From a virus: a stretch of DNA of 64,000 nt. The translations under genes and the position numbers were made by a program. Positions 28,552-38,262 of the stretch are shown here, piece by piece. The stretch covers positions 15,892 to 79,891 of the IMG/VR virus record IMGVR_UViG_3300023184_000082, one strand, 5' to 3'. Numbering within the stretch: position 1 is the stretch's first letter; every line of letters begins with the position of its first letter. The notes below the pieces were generated by a model, which saw nothing but the letters and a program-made list of their open reading frames with translations, was not told where the DNA came from and ran no database searches.

Positions 28552-30063
28552 ATGGTTAGTGAAATGCAGTTAGCCAGAAGACAGCTCGACAAGGAGCTTA
28601 ATCGGCATAACATCCCAGATGCGCTGCAAGTCCTTGACCGTGCTGTTGGCGGGTTGATCGACCTTGCCAAGAGCCGTGTCGGCGATGGTGTGACAAATGC
28701 CAAGGAAGTCAAGAACCCCTTTGGTGATCCGCCCGGTATTCCGGGAGCGGGGAAGGCTGATGGGAACTACCGCTTGCCGAAGTTCGCTGGCGTCTACACC
28801 AATACCCAGAGTGTGCCGAAGAAGAAGGTGAAGGCCAAGTCCGAGTCTTCGACTGCGCTGCCGACCGCAGCCGGAAGCATGCGCCTTGGCAAGGCGCAGT
28901 TCGGCGGCCAGGAAGAAGACGGATACGGCGACGGCGATGATCAGGACGATGGTCAGGGCAATGGTCCGGACGATGGTCCGGACGATGATCAGGACATGAG
29001 GCGCCAGCGCTACAAGGCCATGCGAAGGAACGAAGAGCCTGAAGAAGAAGAAGAATACGAAGACGATGATAATGATCAGGATGACGATGAGGAAGAAGGC
29101 AATCCCGACGATCCTGATGACGATGGGGACGAATACGGCGATGATGACGATGACGGGGACGGAGGAAATCCCGACGACCCTGATGACGACAACGACCCTG
29201 ATGCTGATCAGGATCCGAACGATCCCGAAAACGGCGAGTCGGACAGAAGAGCAGCCTTGGAAGCCTTGCTTTCCCGCAACAGCAAGTACGACAAGGGACC
29301 GGGCATGCGGCCTCGTCAGCCAGTAGCCCCGCCAGCCCCACCGCAGGGTGGAGCTCCGGGCATGCCTCCGGGAGCAGGACCAATGGCAGGAGGAGGTGCG
29401 CCTATGGCTCAGAGTTTCCAGCGTAGCCGCAAGGCCAAGCTTGGCGATATTCACAAGGCTCTGGTTTCTGGCCCTGATGGGGCACAGGTTGCAGAAGTTG
29501 TGGAAGCCAGCAAGGAACTTGCACAGATGGTGAATGTTTTCGGACGATTCCTCGCGGACATCTCGACACAGGTCGAGTCGGTTCGTCAGGAGCAGTATGA
29601 GAGCACCGCCATGCTGGCCAATGCGGTCAGCACAGTCGTGAAGAGTCAGGCGGCCATGGCCCTTGGTCTTGAGCGAATTGCCAAGTCGGCAACGGCATTG
29701 GCGCAGAACAGTGCCCCGATGCAGAAGTCTTTCCGTGAGGAACCTGCTTCTCGCCCGAATCCGGGAGTGCTGATGAATGGGAAGGTTCTGTCCGAAGGAG
29801 CGCAGCTCCGTCGTTCGAACACCACCGTTCTTGATGACTCGGGATACGCGATGGTGTCCGGTGCCCAGATCGAAGGGCGTCTGACAAAGTCCTTGGTTGG
29901 AACGGTTATCCAACAGTCGGTACTGGACGGGGAATACTCCCCGAAGGAAGCGCTCCGTTGGCTGACTGAAACCGATAGCCCGACAACGGGTCCGGTTGGA
30001 GTGTTCCAGCAGCTTCCCCCGAAGCTGCGTGATCGCATCATCGCGAAGACACAAGAAGTCTAA
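28552..30063 (+). CDS. capsid scaffolding protein
   Basis: Lies between protease and MCP. Long D/E-rich tract, coiled-coil segment, many K-S/K-A motifs, RBS AAGGAGG. Confidence 0.75.
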   Translation: MVSEMQLARRQLDKELNRHNIPDALQVLDRAVGGLIDLAKSRVGDGVTNAKEVKNPFGDPPGIPGAGKADGNYRLPKFAGVYTNTQSVPKKKVKAKSESSTALPTAAGSMRLGKAQFGGQEEDGYGDGDDQDDGQGNGPDDGPDDDQDMRRQRYKAMRRNEEPEEEEEYEDDDNDQDDDEEEGNPDDPDDDGDEYGDDDDDGDGGNPDDPDDDNDPDADQDPNDPENGESDRRAALEALLSRNSKYDKGPGMRPRQPVAPPAPPQGGAPGMPPGAGPMAGGGAPMAQSFQRSRKAKLGDIHKALVSGPDGAQVAEVVEASKELAQMVNVFGRFLADISTQVESVRQEQYESTAMLANAVSTVVKSQAAMALGLERIAKSATALAQNSAPMQKSFREEPASRPNPGVLMNGKVLSEGAQLRRSNTTVLDDSGYAMVSGAQIEGRLTKSLVGTVIQQSVLDGEYSPKEALRWLTETDSPTTGPVGVFQQLPPKLRDRIIAKTQEV

Positions 30064-30086
30064 GAAAGAAAGAAGGAGGATCGAAA

Positions 30087-31982
30087 ATGGCACTTTTAAC
30101 GGAATTCCCTTCGGGGTATCACAAGTCAGAGCCACTTAACAAGTCGTTTGACATGATTGTTCGCGACTGGAGTCGGCAGCAGTTCGGAGGCGACGACATC
30201 GTCGACGAGATTCGCAAGGCACTCAGCACAGGCGTTGCCTCGCAGATCGCCGCTGGTGGCGCGGTCACCGCTGGCAACAACAATCCGGGTGAGACCACTG
30301 CGTTGCGTCTTGAGAACCTCGACAACACCATGACGAGCGTTCTTGCGACTGCGGAGCATCTCAAGATTTTCCGCTGGCTTCACAAGGAGCCTAGCAAGCA
30401 GCCGTTCTATCAGTGGAACCGTCGCGAGTCGTATGGCTCGACAAGAGGGTTCTTCGGATTTCAGGAAGGCGGGTCACCCACCGGCGGCAAGGGCAATTGG
30501 TCGAGAAACGGCGCGTACGTCAAGTTCCTCGGAACGAAGGGCGGGGTAACCCATCCTGCGGTGCTGACGAATATCCTCGGTGGCATGTCGGTTGACCCGG
30601 TTGCCGAAGATCAGCTTGGCCGTACCATGGACTTCATGCAGCGCATCGAAAGAGCCGTCATGTATGGTGACGAGGATATCTGGGACAACACTAACCAAGA
30701 TGCCAACTACGACGGAATCCTGAAGCAGCTCACAATGGCCCGTGCGAAGAACATCATTGACCTTGAAGGCAAGCCGCTCACGCTCGACGTGATCGCGAAT
30801 GTCGCGTCGCGACTGGTCAGTGAGGGCAAGCTTCTTTCCTTCAATGACATCTCGCTCTTCATGAGTCCCCAGAACATCGAGGACTTCGGCAAGCTGCGGT
30901 ACTCGACCATTCTCGGCGCTGGCAACGATGTGGGTGGCGTAGGGTCGCGCGTGGACCGTGCTGACCTGACCACCTCGGCTCGTAACAACCTCATCGCCGG
31001 TCTGTCCATCGTTGGGCAGGCGACATCGTTCGGGGTCATTCCTTTCGAGTGGTCGATTTTCACTGAGCCAGTCGAAGGTGGCGAGCCACTGTCGGTCGCC
31101 GACCCCGGAGCACCCGAAGCTCCATCAAACACCGCGTATATATACGCAACCCATTCGGCGTCTGACACGCCGCTTGCTACCGCGAACGTGACAACATCAA
31201 CTAACTCCGCGACCTCTGGTGCTATTGTGTCCGTGTCCAAGCGATACAAGGGCGTAACAACTGCGGGGTCTTCCTCCTACTATTACAGGAGATCCGGGCC
31301 ACCTGGATTGGCACTTGCAATCGCGGCTCGGGATGGCTCGGGTACTACAATTCCGTCCGGACCAGGGATTACGGCGCCCTCTACTCAAAACGTAGGGAGT
31401 ACGCTTATAGATGAGTCCGTCGTTGTTCATAACATCACGCTGGCTGTAAGTGCGAGCAAGCACGATGCTGTTTCCAGTACTTCGCTTGGAACGCAGTTCT
31501 ACTGGTATCGGGTAGCTTCAGTCAATGATATCGGCGAATCCGCTGCTAGCTACGTATCGACGGGTGCGGTCAGCCCTGACAACACCGTGGTCGTGAAGTT
31601 GCTCATCCCTCATGCCGCCAATGCTCGTGCATACCGAATCTATCGGTGCACAACATATCAGGACACGTCTGTACCCGCCCTCAATGCTGCCACATGGCAG
31701 TTTGTCGGATATGTTGCTGATACCGGTGCTGACTGGCACGAGTTCACGGACTCGAACGGAGCTGCTGCTGACTACACCAACTTCCGACCGGGCACCAACA
31801 TTGCCCCATTGCTTTGCCGCAACAGTGCTGACCTGTGCATCGCGCAGATGTCGCCGCTGCTCAAGATGCCGCTTGCTCCGACAAGCACAACCTTTGAGTA
31901 TCTGCTGCTTCTGTACCATACGCTGGTTCTCAAGGCACCGGAGCGTCAGTTCATCTTCAAGAATGTCGGCAAGCTGAACTAA
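30087..31982 (+). CDS. major capsid protein
   Basis: IRKALSTG, ALRLENLDNTM, ERAVMYGD, YDGILKQ, IIDLEGKPL, YWYRVASVNDIGES, QMSPLLKMPLA, LLLYHTLVLKAP match Herelleviridae-like MCPs. Strong RBS AAGGAGG. Confidence 0.9.
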   Translation: MALLTEFPSGYHKSEPLNKSFDMIVRDWSRQQFGGDDIVDEIRKALSTGVASQIAAGGAVTAGNNNPGETTALRLENLDNTMTSVLATAEHLKIFRWLHKEPSKQPFYQWNRRESYGSTRGFFGFQEGGSPTGGKGNWSRNGAYVKFLGTKGGVTHPAVLTNILGGMSVDPVAEDQLGRTMDFMQRIERAVMYGDEDIWDNTNQDANYDGILKQLTMARAKNIIDLEGKPLTLDVIANVASRLVSEGKLLSFNDISLFMSPQNIEDFGKLRYSTILGAGNDVGGVGSRVDRADLTTSARNNLIAGLSIVGQATSFGVIPFEWSIFTEPVEGGEPLSVADPGAPEAPSNTAYIYATHSASDTPLATANVTTSTNSATSGAIVSVSKRYKGVTTAGSSSYYYRRSGPPGLALAIAARDGSGTTIPSGPGITAPSTQNVGSTLIDESVVVHNITLAVSASKHDAVSSTSLGTQFYWYRVASVNDIGESAASYVSTGAVSPDNTVVVKLLIPHAANARAYRIYRCTTYQDTSVPALNAATWQFVGYVADTGADWHEFTDSNGAAADYTNFRPGTNIAPLLCRNSADLCIAQMSPLLKMPLAPTSTTFEYLLLLYHTLVLKAPERQFIFKNVGKLN

Positions 31983-31986
31983 TACC

Positions 31987-31995
31987 TGTTATACT
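31987..31995 (+). promoter_or_regulatory. extended -10-type motif TGTTATACT
   Basis: Intergenic, immediately after the MCP stop. Same motif as at 846, 26762 and 38988. Confidence 0.45.
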
Positions 31996-32006
31996 TACAC
32001 TAATGA

Positions 32007-32063
32007 AATATTGCCGGGAACGGGGAACCATTCTGGGTTGCCAGGTTCCCGGCAATATTCTTT
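32007..32063 (+). terminator. stem-loop after MCP (probable terminator or processing site)
   Basis: Perfect 15-bp inverted repeat AATATTGCCGGGAAC (32007-32021) / GTTCCCGGCAATATT (32045-32059), followed by CTTT. Confidence 0.7.
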
Positions 32064-32087
32064 ATATCTATTAAAAGAGGTGCGAAT

Positions 32088-32522
32088 ATGCCACGAATGA
32101 ATGCCCAAGAAAAAGCAGAAGAGATGAAAGCGCGATTGGAAACTGTGCAGCGTGAGCAGCAAGCGATTGCACTGGCCGCTATCGAGGCGGTTGAAAAAGG
32201 TGCTGATCCCGAATTGGCCGTAAAACTTGCCGAAGCAGCCGCGAATGAGATCCCTAGCGTATCCCATTATCGAAATATTGATACCAATCGCCTCGGGTCA
32301 CAAGCTCCACAAGCGCCTCAACCTGTCGAAACAGTCGCCCCATTCACTGAAGGAATCCGCATTGTCCGACGCGATAGGCAAGGCGGAGTCTATCGTCTCA
32401 CGTACGAGGATGCACGAGTAGCGGTTGCATTTGACGAGAACGGGTTTGGTGTTGCCCCTGAAGGAGTGGCCATTCTTCTCTGTCGCTCAGGACAGTGCAG
32501 AATTGCACCGGATCAAGCATAA
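32088..32522 (+). CDS. hypothetical virion-associated protein
   Basis: RBS GAGGTG. Post-MCP position, C-terminal VAFDENGFG motif. Confidence 0.7.
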   Translation: MPRMNAQEKAEEMKARLETVQREQQAIALAAIEAVEKGADPELAVKLAEAAANEIPSVSHYRNIDTNRLGSQAPQAPQPVETVAPFTEGIRIVRRDRQGGVYRLTYEDARVAVAFDENGFGVAPEGVAILLCRSGQCRIAPDQA

Positions 32523-33187
32523 TGCCATACCCGACATTCTCTCCCAATGCATCTACCGTAAACATCCTGAATGATGTCAGCAGCAACAGTCTCGTTGTTC
32601 ATGATATCAATGAGGCGCAGAGACAGTATTTGATTTCTCGCGCCCCGTTTATCGTTCGTGATATTCTCCTTGCTAAAGACTATCCCCTGCGATTTGAGCT
32701 GCCCGGACGAACCTCGTTTGTTGTTGAGAAGCCTTATCGAAATCCTGCGTTGACAACAACCCTGACTGCGTCGATCTCCAACTATGGTGGCATTACCTTG
32801 TCTCCCACAACACTGGAGGCCGGATCAGCCACAGCTCCTACCGTGAATGGGTATTCGACAACGTATCCGTATCGGTTTTTTTCAGCAGCACTGTCCGCGG
32901 GATTCGGCAGTGGTTTTACGATAAACTTGACTGCAATACCCGGCAATAGCGGCTCTTCGCTCAATGACTTCACTCTTGCGATTGGAGCAGCAGGAACTGG
33001 ATGGGCTGTTGGAGATTTGATTGTTATCGGAGACCCATATTTCAACGGTGGGGTGTTGCGAGTTGCCGCTATTGCAACGGGTGTTGATACATTCATTGTC
33101 GTGAAGCCGGGAAAGGGCTATGCAGCAGGAGCGGCGCAAATTGGCGTACATGCCACGTATATCAGCCTGTCTGCGATGAGGGTATAA
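32522..33187 (+). CDS. putative virion structural/decoration protein
   Basis: ATG 32522 overlaps the previous TAA. Contains GTGWAVGD and GKGY beta-repeat motifs shared with the sheath and fibres. Confidence 0.65.
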   Translation: MPYPTFSPNASTVNILNDVSSNSLVVHDINEAQRQYLISRAPFIVRDILLAKDYPLRFELPGRTSFVVEKPYRNPALTTTLTASISNYGGITLSPTTLEAGSATAPTVNGYSTTYPYRFFSAALSAGFGSGFTINLTAIPGNSGSSLNDFTLAIGAAGTGWAVGDLIVIGDPYFNGGVLRVAAIATGVDTFIVVKPGKGYAAGAAQIGVHATYISLSAMRV

Positions 33188-33188
33188 G

Positions 33189-33851
33189 ATGTCCCTGCCC
33201 GAATTTGTATTCCACTCCCGCGTAGTGGATTTCTACGAAAGGATACGGGCAGGCAAGAACCTGCAAAAGCTCGATGAGATATTTTTTTATCTCGATGAGA
33301 AGAGCCTGTCCATGACCAAGAAGTGGATCATGGACGAGCGGTTCCCGTGGACCATCGGCAAGGGGTGGTCTCTCCTCTCCCAAACCCCTCCGTTGGTTGC
33401 CATGACCATGGACACGGATAATGATCGTCCCGGCGGACAGTTCCTCGGAGACGTGGCTGGGGAGCCATCCATTTCGTACGAGCCTGATGGCGTGACTCCG
33501 CAGTTCTACTTTGAGACCAGTGGACGATTGAAGACGGCGACGTACAGGTTTTTCCTTGTCGCGCCAAATCCCGACATGATCTCTGTCATGTATGCCATGG
33601 TCCTTCGCGCATTGATGGAAGGTGAGCAGCCTCCCATTGACGAAACGCATATCATTCCCTATGAGCAGTATGGCATCGGGGAGTTGCACTATAGTGGATC
33701 GGACATCAGCCCGAATCAGAGTTTCCTGCCAAATGTGATGTTTGCGCGAAATTTGACCGTGAATTGCACCTATCTCTCCACATGGAGAGGGAGGTCTTTT
33801 GGGAAAAACGGCTTTGTATCAAGCATAGATATAGAACAAAAAATACCGTAG
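33189..33851 (+). CDS. putative tail completion/terminator protein
   Basis: Two genes upstream of the sheath. QFLGD and SGSDI...VMFARNLTV patterns resemble tail-completion proteins of large myophages. Confidence 0.55.
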   Translation: MSLPEFVFHSRVVDFYERIRAGKNLQKLDEIFFYLDEKSLSMTKKWIMDERFPWTIGKGWSLLSQTPPLVAMTMDTDNDRPGGQFLGDVAGEPSISYEPDGVTPQFYFETSGRLKTATYRFFLVAPNPDMISVMYAMVLRALMEGEQPPIDETHIIPYEQYGIGELHYSGSDISPNQSFLPNVMFARNLTVNCTYLSTWRGRSFGKNGFVSSIDIEQKIP

Positions 33852-33871
33852 GATACATATGAGGTTGAAAA

Positions 33872-34192
33872 ATGGCCAGAACAAATAGATCTTCACCCAA
33901 CGTTTCCGAAATTCCGGAAACTACCCCAAGCGATGCTCCTCTTCCTGAAGAAGTGATTGAGGATGCTTCACCCCCACCAGCACCGTTGCCGGAACAACCA
34001 CACATGGAGTGGGAAGTTCCGGGCGAAATGGAGGATCTCACCAGCCTTGAGACATGGGGCAAGGATTGCAAGGCAATCAGCCCGGAACTCATTGGTGGAT
34101 TCACCCATCATGCCCGAGCGATTAACCTGCGGTATGACACCCCTTCCGGGTGGAAAGCCAAGGCAATTGCATGGTCAAGAAAGCCCGTATAA
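33872..34192 (+). CDS. small hypothetical protein
   Basis: RBS GAGG, P/E-rich N-terminus, directly upstream of the sheath. Confidence 0.7.
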   Translation: MARTNRSSPNVSEIPETTPSDAPLPEEVIEDASPPPAPLPEQPHMEWEVPGEMEDLTSLETWGKDCKAISPELIGGFTHHARAINLRYDTPSGWKAKAIAWSRKPV

Positions 34193-34231
34193 TAAAAAAT
34201 ATTGAGTACTGAGTGATGATAGGAGGAAACA

Positions 34232-37200
34232 ATGTCTGTTGCTTTTAATGGTGTGGTGCTCGTTGCTCCAGGAGTCGCTTCGTATATTGACGATTCAGCC
34301 TCCAGTAGTTCCCCAACGACGACTGCAAATGCTATTGCGATCTTGGGAGAGTCCGAGCGTGGAGAGACTGGGCAGCCAGTAGTCTTCACGGACTCGTCTG
34401 CCGTTCGCGCGTATTATGGCACAAGCAGTGTCGATTTGCCGCTAATCTATGGCATCACAAGAGCCATGAATGCCGGTGCTTCCCGTGTGTATGGGCTGCG
34501 CGTTGGCAATGCGACGAAGGCTTCGGTGTCCATCAAGTCCGGAAACCAGAATCTCATCAACATCCTGACGAAGGAGTGGGGGAACACTGGGAACGCATGG
34601 AATCTTGAAATTACCACCAATGCGTCCGATCCCCTTGCAAAGGATATCAAGCTGACTTTGCACGATGGAAGAGTGTACAGGCAGACGAAGATCGGCAAGA
34701 ATGTCGCGCAGATTGAATATTTCTCTCCAGTGTATTCCTTGGGCACAGGAACCATCTCGCCCAATGGTAGTATTAGTAACTCTTACGTATTGAGTGTGGC
34801 GGCGACACAGGGTGTTGAGGTGGGTTCAGTATTGTCTGCAACGGGAGCCGGTAGCGACAATGGGAGTTTCGGCTCGGGGAAATGTGTCGTTACGGCTGTG
34901 AACCCGCCCACATGGCTCAGCGGTGCCTTTGTTCCAGGAACAATCACTTTCACAAGCACAGTAACAACGAATCCTGGCGCACCGCGCGGGGCTGTGTCAG
35001 GGATCATGGCGCAGAAGACCACAGCGAAGGATGCATCGGGCGGATACACGTTCCAGCCAGCTGTCGAGATTGCCGTGTTGAATGGGGTTGCCAACCTGAG
35101 GCTTTACACACCTGGAGAACCTACACCAGTAGCCATTCCGCTGCAACCCTACGACACATTGGCGAAGTTGACCGCTCGCGTCAATCAGTATTTCGTGGTC
35201 TCAAAGGCCGGTCAGGCAGCAATTCCACAGGTTGTCGGTTCCGCGTATGGATCTCCATTGAGTGCCAACCTTCAACGATTAGGAGTGACAGAGGATTCCG
35301 GATCAGTGGTATTTGGAATTACTGACAGTGGGGGTGGGAATCGCTCTTCCGTCAGCGTTCCCTATACAAAGACGATGCTGCTTTCAGAATTCCGCAATGC
35401 AATGCAGGACAGCTTGAGAGCAGTGAATAACAATGGGCTCGTTGGTCCAGATAGTCTTGTTAGCGCAACGGTCGACTATCTGCAGAGGGCAGGCACTGCC
35501 AGCGGGAAGTCTGGCCCGTCAAACGTCACCACTCCGGGCACGGCAATTATCACCACGGCTTCTGACGGTGCAATCACTGGCGCATCTGTGAGTAGTACAG
35601 GATGGGAGACAGATGACCTTGCAACGCTTACTCAGGGCACAAGTACTGCAACCATCAAGTACAGCGGAACAGCTTGGTCGGTCATTTCGGGCGGTACCGG
35701 GTTCAAGAGGGGAACGCCGGTTAATTTTACCGGAAGTGTTTCGGGCGGCACATTGTCCTCTCCCGTTGTTACAGTCGGAGGAGGAGGATCGAATCATAGA
35801 GTCGGCGATGTCCTGTCAACAACAACAGGAACAAATCCTGCTACCGTAACCGTTGCTTCAGTGAAGGTTCTCGAAAAGACAAGTCTTACCGGCACTACAA
35901 TTGACAAAGAATCTAATGGCGCCACGCCACCAACATACACGTATACGTTCACGGGCGGCACCTTGGCTCCAGCCGATCTTGCCAACGTGGCGACGGGCGA
36001 TTCTGTTAGCGTTAGTATTGGCGGAACTTCCCTCGTGAACGCAGTGGTATTCAGCGTAACAGGGCCCACCGCGGATCCTCCTGCTACGTTCTCACTCAGG
36101 TCGTCGACCAGCGCCACCACTCTTACAGCATCAACCATCACAATCACATCAACCAGAACGAGCGTTCTCGGTGCAGCTGCCACATTGAATATGACCGCTC
36201 AAGGCACCGGACTGACGGGAACCTCTTTCGCGACGGTTGATTATTCCTCTATCCCATTGGTACCGGTCAAGCCAGTCCTGAAGATTTCTACCGGTTCTGC
36301 AGCCAAGTTTTATAGTCTGGCAGCCGATGCAAACAGCACCATTCTTAACGCAATTGGACTCGCCGGTCAATCAAGTCTTAGTTTGTCCTCGATTACCGGA
36401 GTATCCTTTGATACGCCGCTGATTACCTTCCGGGCCATGATTCCTGCGGTAAGTTCGTATGGGTGGAAGTTCGGCATCGCTCCGGGCATGGCTGACGGCA
36501 CACTTTCGAGTTCCAAGCTTGACATGTGTCCGAAGACTAATGTCTACACGACGGCTGCCATGCAAGAAGATCCCAATCTCGGCAAGACCTACTTCTCGGC
36601 AAATACCAACGCGCTCGTCGATGCCCTCAATGGGAGCATCTTTGGCGCCTTGATTGAGGCAACCAAGGTCTATAGCTCGTCGCGAATTGACAATGGAGTC
36701 TATGCTTTTGGCGGCGCAATTGAAACTCCTGTTGAGCCTTCCCATTGGGACGAGGCGTTGGCAAAGTTGCAGCAGCTTGAGGATCTGGAAATCATTGTCC
36801 CCATGACACCAAATGCCTCCATCCAGAGTGCAACACTTGCCCATTGCCTGAGCATGTCGGGTCCACTTGGGAAGCGTGAAAGATTTGCAGTGTTTGGTGG
36901 GGGATTGGGGCAGAGTACTGCTGATGTCAGCACCCTCGCTTCCCAGTTCAATGACAAGCGAGCAGTGCTGGTGTGGCCGGGAGTCAAGGATTATGACGAA
37001 TCCGGAAACGTCATCACATGGGCTCCGTATTTTGCGGCAGCCACCATTGCAGGACAGCTTGCTGCACAGGCAGACATCGCCGAGCCACTCACCAACAAGA
37101 GCGTGAGTGTCCGTGGATTGGAGACCATTCCGAGACTCAATGACATCGACGCGCTGATCAACGCTGGAGTACTGGTTATCCGGTACGATTCCAATCGCGG

Positions 37201-37546
37201 ATACAGTGTTGCGCAGTCCTTGACGACATGGAGTGGAGATACCCGCTATGTTCGACGTGAAATCTCGACCATGCGCAGTGCGGATACGGTGATGCGAAGG
37301 GTTCGCGCTTCAATTGCAAACATCGTTGGATCGAAGCTTACTCCAGATCTTCTCAACACGATCAGGGCCAGAATCACTACCCAGCTCCAGCTTGCCGAGA
37401 ACGGCCAGATCATCGTTGGTAGTGGACAGTTCCCTGCATTCAAGGACATTCTCGTCCGTGCCGTTGGGGATGCGATCTATGCGGAATTCTCAATCAGTCC
37501 TGCAATTCCAGCCAATTATCTCCTGATCACTGCGCATATCATGTAA
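34232..37546 (+). CDS. contractile tail sheath protein with large inserted domains
   Basis: N-terminal PGVASYIDDS, ILGESERGETGQP, GLRVGNAT. C-terminal HCLSMS...KRERFAVFGG, EPLTNKSV, LINAGVL, REISTMR, ISPAIPANYLLIT. RBS AGGAGG. Confidence 0.9.
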   Translation: MSVAFNGVVLVAPGVASYIDDSASSSSPTTTANAIAILGESERGETGQPVVFTDSSAVRAYYGTSSVDLPLIYGITRAMNAGASRVYGLRVGNATKASVSIKSGNQNLINILTKEWGNTGNAWNLEITTNASDPLAKDIKLTLHDGRVYRQTKIGKNVAQIEYFSPVYSLGTGTISPNGSISNSYVLSVAATQGVEVGSVLSATGAGSDNGSFGSGKCVVTAVNPPTWLSGAFVPGTITFTSTVTTNPGAPRGAVSGIMAQKTTAKDASGGYTFQPAVEIAVLNGVANLRLYTPGEPTPVAIPLQPYDTLAKLTARVNQYFVVSKAGQAAIPQVVGSAYGSPLSANLQRLGVTEDSGSVVFGITDSGGGNRSSVSVPYTKTMLLSEFRNAMQDSLRAVNNNGLVGPDSLVSATVDYLQRAGTASGKSGPSNVTTPGTAIITTASDGAITGASVSSTGWETDDLATLTQGTSTATIKYSGTAWSVISGGTGFKRGTPVNFTGSVSGGTLSSPVVTVGGGGSNHRVGDVLSTTTGTNPATVTVASVKVLEKTSLTGTTIDKESNGATPPTYTYTFTGGTLAPADLANVATGDSVSVSIGGTSLVNAVVFSVTGPTADPPATFSLRSSTSATTLTASTITITSTRTSVLGAAATLNMTAQGTGLTGTSFATVDYSSIPLVPVKPVLKISTGSAAKFYSLAADANSTILNAIGLAGQSSLSLSSITGVSFDTPLITFRAMIPAVSSYGWKFGIAPGMADGTLSSSKLDMCPKTNVYTTAAMQEDPNLGKTYFSANTNALVDALNGSIFGALIEATKVYSSSRIDNGVYAFGGAIETPVEPSHWDEALAKLQQLEDLEIIVPMTPNASIQSATLAHCLSMSGPLGKRERFAVFGGGLGQSTADVSTLASQFNDKRAVLVWPGVKDYDESGNVITWAPYFAAATIAGQLAAQADIAEPLTNKSVSVRGLETIPRLNDIDALINAGVLVIRYDSNRGYSVAQSLTTWSGDTRYVRREISTMRSADTVMRRVRASIANIVGSKLTPDLLNTIRARITTQLQLAENGQIIVGSGQFPAFKDILVRAVGDAIYAEFSISPAIPANYLLITAHIM

Positions 37547-37556
37547 AGGATCTGTA

Positions 37557-38228
37557 ATGAGTGCAAAGCTCTGGAAAACTGGTGTACGGACAGGGGGAAA
37601 AGTCCTGCTTCGTCTAGATAACAAGGTGATTGCCTTTGCGCAGTCAGCAAGATTTCGAGATGACTATGGCCTTGAACCTGTCCAGATCATCGGTCAACTG
37701 CAAGCAATTGAATATGTCCCCACACACGCAAGACATGAGATCACGATTACCATGCTGGTGGTTCGCAACACCAGCTTGGTAGCGATGGGGCTGGAGCCCG
37801 GATCGGCAGGCAGCTTCGGGTTGCTGGAATCAGCGACGGATCAAGTCGGATCCGGAGTGGTGCCAGCCTCGCCAGCACGTCAAGGCACTGATGGCGTTGC
37901 CGGTTCCGGTCAGGGAACGTGGGATCAGAGCATCAATAATCCAGATATCCCTGCATATGGATCGATGACTTGGTATCGCGTTCTTCACCAGAAGGTGTTT
38001 GACATTGAAGTGGTAGATATGGAATTTCTTGAGCCAGAAGATGCCGCTCCTGTAGATCCAAACAAAATATTCACAGGAAATGTGCTGCTGAAATATCTCA
38101 ATTGTTTCTTCGCTGGTGGAGAAGTATCGGTGGAATCCAACCGCGTCCTGATGCATAGCGCAACATTCTACGCGCAGGATAAGGATGGTAACTACGGGTT
38201 GCATTCACGGCCATCACCGCGTACGTAA
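37557..38228 (+). CDS. tail tube protein (paralog 1)
   Basis: Follows the sheath. TGGKVLLRLDNKVIAFAQS...YGLEPVQIIGQLQAIEYVP is an SPO1/Twort-like tube motif. Confidence 0.8.
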   Translation: MSAKLWKTGVRTGGKVLLRLDNKVIAFAQSARFRDDYGLEPVQIIGQLQAIEYVPTHARHEITITMLVVRNTSLVAMGLEPGSAGSFGLLESATDQVGSGVVPASPARQGTDGVAGSGQGTWDQSINNPDIPAYGSMTWYRVLHQKVFDIEVVDMEFLEPEDAAPVDPNKIFTGNVLLKYLNCFFAGGEVSVESNRVLMHSATFYAQDKDGNYGLHSRPSPRT

Positions 38229-38262
38229 TAATACGTGTCAATTTAGGAAAAGGAGAACTATC

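Noticed and set aside
28930-29230. CRISPR-like or regulatory repeat array
   Set aside because: The GACGAT/GATGAC repeats simply encode the acidic D/E/P/G tract of the scaffold. There is no repeat-spacer structure.
28570-30135. 521-aa antisense ORF over the scaffold gene (and many other shadow ORFs)
   Set aside because: It mirrors the GC-rich, GAC/GAT-repetitive sense gene, has no recognisable motifs, and the whole region is + strand coded.
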